DNA of 64,000 nucleotides, from positions 40,962 through 104,961 of the forward strand of contig JAJTXV010000002.1 of NCBI GenBank assembly GCA_021463845.1. Reading direction: 5' to 3'. This DNA is from Anaerolineales bacterium (GTDB lineage Bacteria > Chloroflexota > Anaerolineae > Anaerolineales > UBA11579). Both the position numbers and the translations under genes were made by a program. Positions 8,054-16,907 of this stretch are shown here, piece after piece. The notes under the pieces are model-generated. The model was not told the origin of the DNA. It saw only the letters and a program-made list of their open reading frames with translations, and searched no databases. How positions within the stretch are numbered: the stretch's first letter is position 1; each line of letters starts with the position of its first letter.

Positions 8054-9469
8054 CTAGTGGTTTCCTCCGGCTTTGTGACGAGACTTCAATGTGTCTGCCG
8101 TTTCCTTGCTGGGCGTGGGCACTTCCTCGCTACGAGTAATGCCGAGCGCCTTGCGCTGGGCTTCACGCCAGCGCGCCAGACGATCCTTGATCTGAGCTTC
8201 GTAACCCTGATCAGAGGGGGTGTAGAAGTAGGTACCGAGCACGCCCGTTGGCAGGTACTGCTGCGGCGCGAAGTGCTCCGGTTCATCGTGCGGGTAGACA
8301 TAGCCCTGACCATGACCGAGGGCTTTGCCGTCGCGGTTCTTGTCTTTTAGTGGGTCGGGCACTTCCACCATGCCGTCAGCTTCGATCTTGGCATAGGCCG
8401 AGAAGTAGCCGAGGCTGCTGTTGGACTTTGGCGCAGTGGAGAGGTAAACGACCGCGTGCACCAGCGGGAAGATACCTTCGGGCAGGCCGACATAATCGAA
8501 GGCTTGCGCCGCAGCGTTGGCAACGACCATGCCCATGGGGTCACCCATGCCGATGTCTTCGCCGGCCAGGATCAGCAGGCGGCGGAAGATGAAGCGCGGG
8601 TCCTCGCCAGCGTACAGCATCTTGGCCAGCCAGTACAGCGCCGCATCCGGGTCAGAGCCGCGCACAGACTTGATGAAGGCTGAGATGGTGTCATAGTGGG
8701 CGTCGCCGTCTTTATCGTAGAGCACCGCGCGGCGCTGGATGGACTCTTGCGCCACAGCCAGGGTGACGTGCACCACGCCATCCACCGGCGGGGTCGACTC
8801 GACCGCAAGCTCCAGCGCGTTGAGTGCATTGCGGGCATCGCCGCCGGCCACATGGATGAGATGCTGAGCGGCGTCCTCATCGAACATGATCGTACGGCCG
8901 CCGTAGCCGCGCTCAGCGTCTTGCAGCGCCTGCTCCAGAACGCGGCGGACGTCCTCATCCGAGAGCGGGCGCAACTGGAACACACGCGAGCGGGAAACCA
9001 GCGCGCCGTTGACCTCGAAATACGGGTTCTCGGTGGTGGCGCCAATCAGGGTGATGGTGCCGTTCTCCACATGCGGCAGTAAAGCATCCTGTTGGGCCTT
9101 GTTCCAGCGATGCACTTCATCCACAAACAGGATAGTGCGCAGGTTGTGCAGGCGGCGGCGCTCCTTGGCCTCTTCGATCACCGCCACCAAGTCAGCCTTG
9201 CCGGTCATCACGGCCGAGAGGGTGACGAAGTAGGACTGGGTGTGGTTGGCGATGACCATGGCCAAGGTGGTTTTGCCTGAGCCTGGAGGCCCCCAAAGCA
9301 AAATAGACGAAAACAGCCGGTCAGCCTCAATGGCGCGGCGCAACAGGCGGCCCTCGCCCACAATGTCATCCTGGCCGATGTACTCGTCCAGGCGGCGCGG
9401 GCGCATGCGGGCCGCCAGCGGGCTTTCGGTGGCCAGGCGCTCCTTCAGGGCGTGGTCAAACAGGTCCAT
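8054..9469 (-). CDS. rarA: Replication-associated recombination protein A (AAA+ ATPase)
   Basis: Walker A motif GPPGSGKTT, plus the MgsA-type C-terminal domain (AHYDTISAFIKSVRGSDPDAALYWLAKML). The start MDLFDH at 9469 matches family N-termini. Confidence 0.9.
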   Translation of the reverse strand: MDLFDHALKERLATESPLAARMRPRRLDEYIGQDDIVGEGRLLRRAIEADRLFSSILLWGPPGSGKTTLAMVIANHTQSYFVTLSAVMTGKADLVAVIEEAKERRRLHNLRTILFVDEVHRWNKAQQDALLPHVENGTITLIGATTENPYFEVNGALVSRSRVFQLRPLSDEDVRRVLEQALQDAERGYGGRTIMFDEDAAQHLIHVAGGDARNALNALELAVESTPPVDGVVHVTLAVAQESIQRRAVLYDKDGDAHYDTISAFIKSVRGSDPDAALYWLAKMLYAGEDPRFIFRRLLILAGEDIGMGDPMGMVVANAAAQAFDYVGLPEGIFPLVHAVVYLSTAPKSNSSLGYFSAYAKIEADGMVEVPDPLKDKNRDGKALGHGQGYVYPHDEPEHFAPQQYLPTGVLGTYFYTPSDQGYEAQIKDRLARWREAQRKALGITRSEEVPTPSKETADTLKSRHKAGGNH

Positions 9470-9725
9470 AAGTAGAACGATTGTACTGCAACGGCTCAGC
9501 GAGAAGATGTTTGGGCTGCTGCGCGGCCCAAGGCCCCAGAAAGGCAAAGATGTTGTTCGTTTTCCGGGTGGGGGTAGGGGGTGCAACTGAAAAGATATCT
9601 GGCTCTTCATACACACATTCTCTGCACAATATCATGGCCTCCGGCATACCGGCAAAATAAGGATGGTTGTCAACAAGTTGCAAGCCATACAATATTTTGG
9701 CCTTTCGTCCGTCTTCACCTGTAAG

Positions 9726-10298
9726 ATGAGCGAGGGAGCGATCCACACCGTGATGACTGGCGACAAGCGCATATCCGAAGCGGTGGAGCAGCACGAACCA
9801 AGGCTGCGCAGCTTCATCCGCGCCCGGGTGCCGGATGTGCTGGACGCCGAGGACATTCTGCAGGATGTCTTCTACGAGCTGGCCCGCGCCAACCGGCTGC
9901 TGGTACCGATCGAGCACCTAAGCGGCTGGCTGTACCAGGTGGCGCGCAACCGCATTACTGACCTGTTCCGCAAGCAGCCCGCTGGCGGCACCAGCGAGCT
10001 GGACGCCGAGGACGGCGACGGCCTGCTGCTGGCAGAGCTTCTGCCAGCAGAGGGCGACGGCCCGGAAGCTATCTACGCCCGTAAAGCGGCACTGGCCGAG
10101 CTGGAGCAGGCGCTGAGCGAGCTGCCCAGCGAGCAACGGGCGGTGTTCGTGGCACACGAAGTGGAAGGCCGGAGCTTCAACGAGATGGTGGCCGAAACCG
10201 GCGCCAGCCTCAACACCCTGCTCTCTCGCAAACGCTATGCGGTGCTGTATCTGCGCAAGCGCTTGGCCCATCTATACACTGACTTTGGAAAGGACTAG
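9726..10298 (+). CDS. RNA polymerase sigma-70 factor, ECF subfamily
   Basis: It has region 2 (DAEDILQDVFYEL, WLYQVARNRITD) and region 4 (EQRAVFVAHEVEGRSFNEMVAETGASLNTLLSRKRYA). ATG 9726 was chosen. Confidence 0.85.
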   Translation: MSEGAIHTVMTGDKRISEAVEQHEPRLRSFIRARVPDVLDAEDILQDVFYELARANRLLVPIEHLSGWLYQVARNRITDLFRKQPAGGTSELDAEDGDGLLLAELLPAEGDGPEAIYARKAALAELEQALSELPSEQRAVFVAHEVEGRSFNEMVAETGASLNTLLSRKRYAVLYLRKRLAHLYTDFGKD

Positions 10299-10300
10299 GT

Positions 10301-10663
10301 ATGGAACAACGAATTCAATTCAATATTGCCCGCGGCATCCGCATCGGCATCATGGTGATGATCGGAGTGGTGCTGTTCGTGACGGTAGGCGGCTTTGTGG
10401 TGCGCGGGCTGTGGAACTGGCTGCTGCCGGATCTGTTTGGCTGGCCGCAGATCACGTTCTGGCAAGGGCTGGGCCTGCTGGCGCTGAGCCGCATTCTGTT
10501 CGGCGGCATCGGCGGGCCGGGCGGCCCCGGCCGCCGCGGCCGCAAGGGCAAGCGTGGGCCTTGGGGCGGCCCACACTGGGACATGAGCGACGAAGAACGC
10601 GAGCGCCTGAAGCAGCAGATCGCGCAAGCGAAGCACTCGGAGGGTAACGAAGAGACCTTGTGA
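10301..10663 (+). CDS. Small membrane protein co-transcribed with the ECF sigma (possible anti-sigma or CpxP/Spy-like accessory)
   Basis: It starts 2 nt after the sigma factor's stop. It has two hydrophobic segments, then a Gly/Arg/Pro-rich stretch and MSDEERERLKQQI. No known anti-sigma zinc motif is present. Confidence 0.55.
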   Translation: MEQRIQFNIARGIRIGIMVMIGVVLFVTVGGFVVRGLWNWLLPDLFGWPQITFWQGLGLLALSRILFGGIGGPGGPGRRGRKGKRGPWGGPHWDMSDEERERLKQQIAQAKHSEGNEETL

Positions 10664-10671
10664 GTAAACAT

Positions 10672-10703
10672 AAATGCGCCCCGCGATGGGGCGCATTTGT
10701 TTG
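10672..10703 (+). terminator. Rho-independent terminator
   Basis: Perfect 11-bp stem AAATGCGCCCC / GGGGCGCATTT with a 5-nt loop and a T-rich tail. Confidence 0.75.
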
Positions 10704-10738
10704 CTTGATATGTAGTACTCTGAAACTGGGAGAGCAGC

Positions 10739-11314
10739 ATGAGGCTCACAGATTCAGTCAAAGACACACTAAAGTATGGGCAGCAGGGGATGAAACTTAG
10801 CCTCTGGTTGGCACTTGGCTACTATCTCCTTGTAGTCACTTCCCTGGCAGTTTCCATAACTGCGCTTTCGGGCGAGTTGCTTTCCTTCACGCTTATAGGC
10901 TTGTGGTTCTATTTGCTTCTTGTGGGTTTGATCGTAGGTTTACCCGCAATGCTGGTAGCTGCCGGTGTGGGTTTCTTGACTGGGCTGGTTGTTCCAAAAT
11001 TGTTGGATCTAGTTAGGCCAAAGACCCGGTGGCAATCAGCTCTAGTAGGCGTTCTGTTCAGTGGCGCGTTTGCGCTAGGCGTCTCCTGGATTTTCGGGTT
11101 TCCCTCAGAAATGGCAGTATTTGTTGAAGGGCCGTTACTGATCTATGTTGACGCCACGACATTCATGGCTGCTCGGCTATACAGCAACAAGGATGCAGTA
11201 AACAATGTGTTACCAAGCATCAAGATCCATCCAGTTGTGATTTGGGTATTGGCCTTAGTATTTATGGGCTTCATACTCTACGCCGTGATTGACCTGGCGG
11301 CAGACTGGAATTGA
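10739..11314 (+). CDS. Hypothetical polytopic membrane protein (no family recognised), low-GC gene
   Basis: 191-aa ORF with a GGGAGAG RBS and 5-6 hydrophobic helices. Local GC is about 45-50%, against more than 60% in the flanks. Confidence 0.5.
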   Translation: MRLTDSVKDTLKYGQQGMKLSLWLALGYYLLVVTSLAVSITALSGELLSFTLIGLWFYLLLVGLIVGLPAMLVAAGVGFLTGLVVPKLLDLVRPKTRWQSALVGVLFSGAFALGVSWIFGFPSEMAVFVEGPLLIYVDATTFMAARLYSNKDAVNNVLPSIKIHPVVIWVLALVFMGFILYAVIDLAADWN

Positions 11315-11329
11315 CACAACTACTCGGGG

Positions 11330-11582
11330 TGCGTGTAAAATAGCCTCAAGCGGAATGAGTACGCTCTGAACCGGTGGCACAGAAAGCTGGAGCGCTGAGA
11401 ACCAGCCCACACGCCAGAGCGGAATATGGAACCGTGCGCTGCATAGCAGCGCGAAAGTTGCTACGCAACTTTCAACAGACACAAAAGCGGCGTGCGCGAA
11501 AGACGCACGCAACTGAGGTGGCACCGCGGGCTAACGCTCGTCCTCAGAGCAAAAATTTTGCTCTGAGGACGAGCGTTTTTTA
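11330..11582 (+). promoter_or_regulatory. T-box leader (tRNA-Trp responsive) with intrinsic terminator
   Basis: Conserved T-box sequence GAGGTGGCACCGCGGG at about 11515-11530. The candidate specifier UGG at 11427-11429 is followed by A. The terminator has an 18-21-bp perfect stem (11533-11577) plus a T-run. It lies directly upstream of trpS. Confidence 0.8.
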
Positions 11583-11645
11583 GTCGGCTTGGAGATTGCT
11601 TCGGGCGGCGCTGCCGCCCTCGCAAAAAGATGGATAGGAGAATAC

Positions 11646-12641
11646 ATGAACACAGCAAAGACCAAAGGACGCATCCTCACTGGCCACCGCCCCACCGGGC
11701 CGCGCCACATCGGCCACCTGGTGGGCACGCTGGAGCAGTGGGCCAAGATGCAGGACGACTATGAATGCTACTTCCTCATCGCCGACCTGCACGTGCTGAC
11801 CACGGACTACGAGCACCCGGAGCGCATCCAGGAGAACATTGTCAACGTGGTGGCCGACTGGTTGGCAGCCGGTATCGATCCGGCAAAGGCTACCTTGGTA
11901 CGCCAGTCGGCGCTAGCGCAGCATGCCCAGCTTTCGCAGCTGTTCGGCATGATGACTACGGTGGCGCGGCTGGAGCGCGTGCCCACCTACAAAGACCAGA
12001 TCCAGAACCTGGGGCTCAACCCTTCACTGGGCTTGCTGGCCTACCCGGTGCTGCAGAGCGCCGACATCCTGGTCTACAAGGCCAATCTGGTGCCGGTGGG
12101 TGAGGACCAGATGCCGCACATCGAGCTGACCCGCGAGGTGGCGCGGCGCTTCAATACGCTGTACGGCGAAACCTTCCCGGAACCGGATGGGCTGCTGACC
12201 AAGACGGCGCGTCTGCCTGGCGTGGACAACCGCACTATGCACAGCTCATACAACAACGCGATCCGCTTCATCGAAAGCGAAGAGGAGACCACGAAGAAGG
12301 TGATGAGTATGTACACCGACCCGACCCGCTTGCGGGCCACCGACCCCGGCACGGTGGAAGGCAACCCGGTGTTCGAGTATCACGATGTGTTCAACCCCAA
12401 CAAGGACGAGGTGGAGGACTTCAAGACCCGCTACCGTGAAGGCAAGGTGGGCGATGTGGAGGTCAAGAAGAGTTTAGCGGCGGCGCTCAATACCTACCTG
12501 CGCCCCATCCGTGAACGGCGCACCGAATTTCTCAAGGACCCGGCCAAGGTGGTCAAGATCCTGGACGATGGCACCGAGAAGGCCCGCCCGCTGGTGGAAG
12601 CTACCTTTGACGAAGTGATGCGCAAGATGGGGCTTCGATAG
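11646..12641 (+). CDS. trpS: Tryptophan--tRNA ligase
   Basis: Class I HIGH motif (GHRPTGPRHIGHLVG) and a KMSKS-like region. ATG 11646 has a GGAGA RBS. The track start at 11589 lies inside the leader terminator. Confidence 0.95.
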   Translation: MNTAKTKGRILTGHRPTGPRHIGHLVGTLEQWAKMQDDYECYFLIADLHVLTTDYEHPERIQENIVNVVADWLAAGIDPAKATLVRQSALAQHAQLSQLFGMMTTVARLERVPTYKDQIQNLGLNPSLGLLAYPVLQSADILVYKANLVPVGEDQMPHIELTREVARRFNTLYGETFPEPDGLLTKTARLPGVDNRTMHSSYNNAIRFIESEEETTKKVMSMYTDPTRLRATDPGTVEGNPVFEYHDVFNPNKDEVEDFKTRYREGKVGDVEVKKSLAAALNTYLRPIRERRTEFLKDPAKVVKILDDGTEKARPLVEATFDEVMRKMGLR

Positions 12642-12662
12642 GCCTGACATCCCAACCAAGTT

Positions 12663-12690
12663 AAAAACGCCCGCAGTTGCGGGCGTTTTT
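12663..12690 (+). terminator. Rho-independent terminator
   Basis: AAAAACGCCCGC-AGTT-GCGGGCGTTTTT. Confidence 0.8.
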
Positions 12691-12770
12691 GCATCGTAGA
12701 ACGGAAGGTGGTATCCTAAACTCCCCGGTGGCTCTCGCACGCCACCCAACCATTCACCGAACAGGACCGA

Positions 12771-14546
12771 ATGAGCACAACTCCTTTAACCGCACCTCAC
12801 GCGGCTGAATTTACATTGCCAGAGCGGTACCCCACCGATCGCACCAGCCCCGGCCGCTGGCTGTGGTCGCATTTCAAACCGCATTGGGCGCTGGGCCTGA
12901 TGCTGATGGTGGGCGCGGTGACCAACGGCGCCCTGGCGGCCTATGTGCCGATCGAGATCGGCAAGGCCTTCGAAGCCATCATGGCCGACCCCCCGCAAAC
13001 CCAGTTGTTGATGGGCTTTGTATGGGTCATCATCATCAGCCAGACGATCCGCTCGATGCTGCAGTTCGCCCGCAACTTTGCCGCCGAATGGCTGGGCCAG
13101 ATCTTTGAGCGCAACATTCGCGAAGAGTTGTATACGAACTTGCTGGGCAAGAGCATGACCTTCCACAGCCTGCAATCCGTGGGCGACACGATGGCGCGCG
13201 CCACCAATGATGTGCGCGAGATCAACCTGATGTTCAACCCTGGCCTGAACCTGGTGATCGGGGCGGCCTTCTTCCTGGTCACGCCGATCGTGGCCGGCTA
13301 CGGGCTGCACCCGGCGCTGGCGATCATCCCGATTCTTTTCACACTGGTCTATTTCGTCGCCATCTGGCAGTACCTGAAAGAGCTCAACCCAGTGGCGGCC
13401 ACGCAGCGCAACGCCTTCGGCACGCTGAACGCGCGCCTGTCCGAATCGCTGGACGGCATTGAAACCGTCAAAGGCATGGCCCAGGAGAAGTACGAGGTCA
13501 ATCTGTTCCGCCGCAATGCGCGCCGCTTCCGTGATGCGTATGTACACCAGGGCTATATCGAGGGCCGCTTCCTGCCGATGCTGTTGATGGCGATCGCTCA
13601 GGCGGCCGGCTTATGGCACTCGCTGGTGCTGATGCAAGCCGGCCTGATCAGCCTGGGTGATGTGATCGCGTATTTTGGTTTGCTGGCCTTGTTTGGCTTC
13701 CCAGTGTTCACTTCGCTGTTTGCCTATTCGCAAGTTTCACTGGGCGTAGCCAGCGCTCGCCGCATTCTGGACCTGCTGAACAACGAAACCGACCTGGACC
13801 AGAACGCCGAGGGTTATGGCGGCGCTATGCAGGGTGCGATCGAGTTCAAGAACGTCACCTTTGCTTATGAAGAGCAAGAACCGGCGCTTAGCAAAGTAAG
13901 CTTCACCGTGAAGCCGGGCCTGACCGTGGCGATCGTGGGCCAGACCGGCACCGGCAAGACCTCGCTGGCCAAGCTGGTCAACCGCACCTACGATGTGACC
14001 AGCGGCTCAGTGCGCGTGGACGGGATCGATGTGCGCGAATGGAACCTGGAGGCGCTGCGCCGCCAGATCTCGATCATTGAGCAGGACATCTTCCTGTTCT
14101 CACGCACTGTTGCCGAGAACATTGCCTTCGGCCACCAGGACGCCACGCGTGCCCAGATCGAAGAGGCCGCCAAGCAGGCCCAGGCGCACGATTTCATCAT
14201 GGACTTCAAGGACGGCTACGACACAATCGTGGGCGAGCGCGGCGTCACCCTCTCGGGCGGCCAACGCCAGCGCCTGGCGCTGGCGCGGGCCTTCCTCACC
14301 GATCCGCGTATCCTGATCCTGGATGATTCGACCAGCGCCATCGACAGCGCCACCGAAGACAAGATCCAGCGCGCCATCTACGCCGCCACCAAGGGGCGCA
14401 CCACGCTGATCATCACGCACCGCCTCTCACAGATCCGCTGGGCAGACCTGATCATTGTGCTGCGCGGCGGCAAGGTGGTGGCCTCCGGCAGCCATGAGCA
14501 ACTGCTCAAGACATCGCCGGCCTACAAACGCATCTTTAGCGAGTAA
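12771..14546 (+). CDS. ABC exporter, fused permease/ATP-binding subunit (half-transporter A)
   Basis: Six-helix TMD followed by an NBD with Walker A GQTGTGKTS, signature LSGGQRQR and Walker B ILILDD. Confidence 0.9.
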   Translation: MSTTPLTAPHAAEFTLPERYPTDRTSPGRWLWSHFKPHWALGLMLMVGAVTNGALAAYVPIEIGKAFEAIMADPPQTQLLMGFVWVIIISQTIRSMLQFARNFAAEWLGQIFERNIREELYTNLLGKSMTFHSLQSVGDTMARATNDVREINLMFNPGLNLVIGAAFFLVTPIVAGYGLHPALAIIPILFTLVYFVAIWQYLKELNPVAATQRNAFGTLNARLSESLDGIETVKGMAQEKYEVNLFRRNARRFRDAYVHQGYIEGRFLPMLLMAIAQAAGLWHSLVLMQAGLISLGDVIAYFGLLALFGFPVFTSLFAYSQVSLGVASARRILDLLNNETDLDQNAEGYGGAMQGAIEFKNVTFAYEEQEPALSKVSFTVKPGLTVAIVGQTGTGKTSLAKLVNRTYDVTSGSVRVDGIDVREWNLEALRRQISIIEQDIFLFSRTVAENIAFGHQDATRAQIEEAAKQAQAHDFIMDFKDGYDTIVGERGVTLSGGQRQRLALARAFLTDPRILILDDSTSAIDSATEDKIQRAIYAATKGRTTLIITHRLSQIRWADLIIVLRGGKVVASGSHEQLLKTSPAYKRIFSE

Positions 14547-14555
14547 GCACAGACT

Positions 14556-16367
14556 ATGGGCTTCTTCTCCGGACTCGACGCAGAACAATACGACCGCCAG
14601 TACAGCGACAAGCAGCTGCTGCAGCGCATGGCGGATTACTTCAAGCCGCACATGAACACCCTATGGGCCATCGGCGTGCTGGCTTTGCTGACTGCGGTCA
14701 CGGCGGCGGCCGTGCCGCTGCTGCTGGCCCGCGCCCTGGATGAGATCGGCACCCAGCTCAGCGAACAGCAGATCTGGCTGGTGGTGAGCGTGGTGTTCCT
14801 CTCCGGCTTTCTGAGCTGGGCGGCCAACTGGTGGCGTCGCCGCCTGACGGCCCGCGCCATTGGTGATGTGATCCTGGCCATCCGCCTGGAGGGCTTCCAG
14901 GCCGCCATGTCGCACGACCTCTCGTTCTACGACGAGAACCCGTCCGGCAAAGTGGTCTCGCGCATCACCTCAGACACGCGTGAATACGGCGACATGATTG
15001 TGCTGATCACGGACCTCATTTCGCAGTTCGGCCAGGCGCTCATCGTGGGCGGCGTGCTGATCGCGATCAACTGGTGGCTTTCGCTATATCTGTTCGGCAT
15101 GCTGCCGATCGTGTACTGGATGGCCACCCTGTTCCGCGAGGCGGCCCGGCGCACTACGCGCACGGGCATGCGCGCCATGGGCAACGTCAACTCGGTCATC
15201 AAAGAGACGATCAGCGGCATTGCCGTAGCCAAGAACTTCCGCCAGGAAGAGACCATCTTCAAGGAATTTGACTCAGGCAACCGCAGCTCCTTCGAGGTCA
15301 ACCTGCGGCGCGGTTTTGTGCTGAGCATGGTCTTCCCGGCTCTCAACGCCATGGCCGCCCTAGGTACGGCCTTGCTGCTGTATGTGGGCGGCATGAACGT
15401 AGCCAGCGCCGTGATCACTGCCGGCGCGTGGTATCTGTTCCTGCAAGGCTTGGACCGCTTCTGGTTCCCGGTGCTCAACCTCTCGGCGTTCTGGACGCAG
15501 TTGCAGTCCGGCCTGGCGGCGGCCGAGCGCTCGTTCGCGTTGATCGACGCTGAGCCGCGCGTGGTGCAGACTGGCAAGGTGCGCCTGCCGCGCATCAAGG
15601 GTGACATCCGCTTCGAGAACGTCAACTTCCGCTACACGGAAGGCGAGCCAATTCTGAGAGATTTCAGCCTGCACATCCGCCCCGGGGAAACCGTAGCGCT
15701 GGTGGGCCACACCGGCGCAGGCAAGACCTCGATCGCCAAGCTGGTCAACCGCTTCTACGAGTTCCAGGAGGGCCAGCTGCTGATCGACGGCAAGGACATC
15801 CGCAGCCTGGACCTGACTGATTACCGCCGCCAGCTTGGCATCGTGTCCCAGGTGCCCTTCCTGTTCGATGGCACCGTGTCGCAGAACATTCGCTACGCCG
15901 CCCCCAGTGTCAAGGATGACGCCATCCTGCGTCTGGCACGCAAGATCGGCAAGGGCGAATGGCTGGAGACGCTGCCAGACGGGCTCAAGACCCAGGTGGG
16001 CGAGCGCGGTGGGCGCCTCTCGATGGGGCAGCGCCAGCTGGTCTCGCTGCTGCGCGTGCTGGTGCAGAAGCCAGGCATCTTCGTGCTCGACGAGGCGACC
16101 GCCAGCATTGACCCCTTTACCGAATGGCAGATCCAGCAGGCACTGGACCTGATCCTCAGCAAGAGCACCAGCATCCTGATCGCCCACCGTCTTTCCACCG
16201 TGAAAGCGGCCGACCGCATCATTGTGCTGAAGGAGGGCCAGATCATCGAAGAGGGCGATCACGATGGCCTGCTGGCGCAGGGCGGCCACTATGCCACGCT
16301 GTACAACACCTATTTCCGGCATCAAAGCCTGGCGTATATCGAAGAGAGCCGCAAACTGGCGGACTAA
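14556..16367 (+). CDS. ABC exporter, fused permease/ATP-binding subunit (half-transporter B)
   Basis: TMD plus NBD with Walker A GHTGAGKTS, signature LSMGQRQL and Walker B IFVLDE. It starts 9 nt after the partner gene, so the two probably form a heterodimer. Confidence 0.9.
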   Translation: MGFFSGLDAEQYDRQYSDKQLLQRMADYFKPHMNTLWAIGVLALLTAVTAAAVPLLLARALDEIGTQLSEQQIWLVVSVVFLSGFLSWAANWWRRRLTARAIGDVILAIRLEGFQAAMSHDLSFYDENPSGKVVSRITSDTREYGDMIVLITDLISQFGQALIVGGVLIAINWWLSLYLFGMLPIVYWMATLFREAARRTTRTGMRAMGNVNSVIKETISGIAVAKNFRQEETIFKEFDSGNRSSFEVNLRRGFVLSMVFPALNAMAALGTALLLYVGGMNVASAVITAGAWYLFLQGLDRFWFPVLNLSAFWTQLQSGLAAAERSFALIDAEPRVVQTGKVRLPRIKGDIRFENVNFRYTEGEPILRDFSLHIRPGETVALVGHTGAGKTSIAKLVNRFYEFQEGQLLIDGKDIRSLDLTDYRRQLGIVSQVPFLFDGTVSQNIRYAAPSVKDDAILRLARKIGKGEWLETLPDGLKTQVGERGGRLSMGQRQLVSLLRVLVQKPGIFVLDEATASIDPFTEWQIQQALDLILSKSTSILIAHRLSTVKAADRIIVLKEGQIIEEGDHDGLLAQGGHYATLYNTYFRHQSLAYIEESRKLAD

Positions 16368-16368
16368 T

Positions 16369-16399
16369 AAAAAAAAACCGGCGTTCGCCGGTTTTTTTT
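16369..16399. terminator. Bidirectional rho-independent terminator between convergent genes
   Basis: A-run, then CCGGC-GTTC-GCCGG, then a T-run. It lies between the ABC exporter stop (16367) and the folA stop (16413). Confidence 0.75.
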
Positions 16400-16412
16400 A
16401 TTGCACACGCAG

Positions 16413-16907
16413 TTACTGCGTACGGGCCATCTCGTATATCGTGAAGGCGTGCTCATTCTTGCCGCCAGCGGCAAACTCTCGCTGACTCAGCACCTGCCAT
16501 TCATCCATAGCGAAGTCCGGGAAGAAGACATCGCAACCGGCGTCCGTATGCACTCGGGTGAGATGAAAGCGCTGCACCATGGGCAGGGCCAAGGCAAAGA
16601 TCTGCGCGCCGCCGATGACGAAGAGCTCCTCTTCGCCGGCGGCGCTGGCCGCCGCCAGGGCCGCATCGAAATCAGCGAAGACCTGCGCATCGGCGGGCCG
16701 GAAACTCGCAGCGCGAGAGAGGACCAGCATGCTGCGGCCGGGCAGGCGGCCAGCCACGGTCTGGTAGGTCTTGCGGCCCATGAGCACATGGCGGCCGCGG
16801 GTCAGGCGGCGAAAGTGTTTGAGGTCATCGGTGAGGTGCCAGGGCATTGTGCCGCGGCGGCCGATGCCGTTCTTCTCATCGAGCGCGGCGAGCAGCGAGA
16901 TAATCAT
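16413..16907 (-). CDS. folA: Dihydrofolate reductase
   Basis: LLAALDEKNGIGRRGTMPWHLTDDLKHFRRLT...VIGGAQIF is a canonical DHFR signature. Confidence 0.9.
   Translation of the reverse strand: MIISLLAALDEKNGIGRRGTMPWHLTDDLKHFRRLTRGRHVLMGRKTYQTVAGRLPGRSMLVLSRAASFRPADAQVFADFDAALAAASAAGEEELFVIGGAQIFALALPMVQRFHLTRVHTDAGCDVFFPDFAMDEWQVLSQREFAAGGKNEHAFTIYEMARTQ

Noticed and set aside
9456-9917. 153-aa minus-strand ORF across the rarA/sigma divergent region
   Set aside because: It overlaps the rarA start and the sigma-factor 5' end in other frames and spans the promoter region. It has no recognisable features.
11589-11645. Upstream start for trpS as given in the ORF track
   Set aside because: It begins within 10 nt of the T-box terminator T-run and has no RBS. 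ATG 11646 has a GGAGA RBS and matches the TrpRS N-terminus.
15360-16325. 321-aa minus-strand ORF (and the similar 12786-13547)
   Set aside because: Both are antisense to the ABC exporter genes, which have complete Walker and signature motifs.
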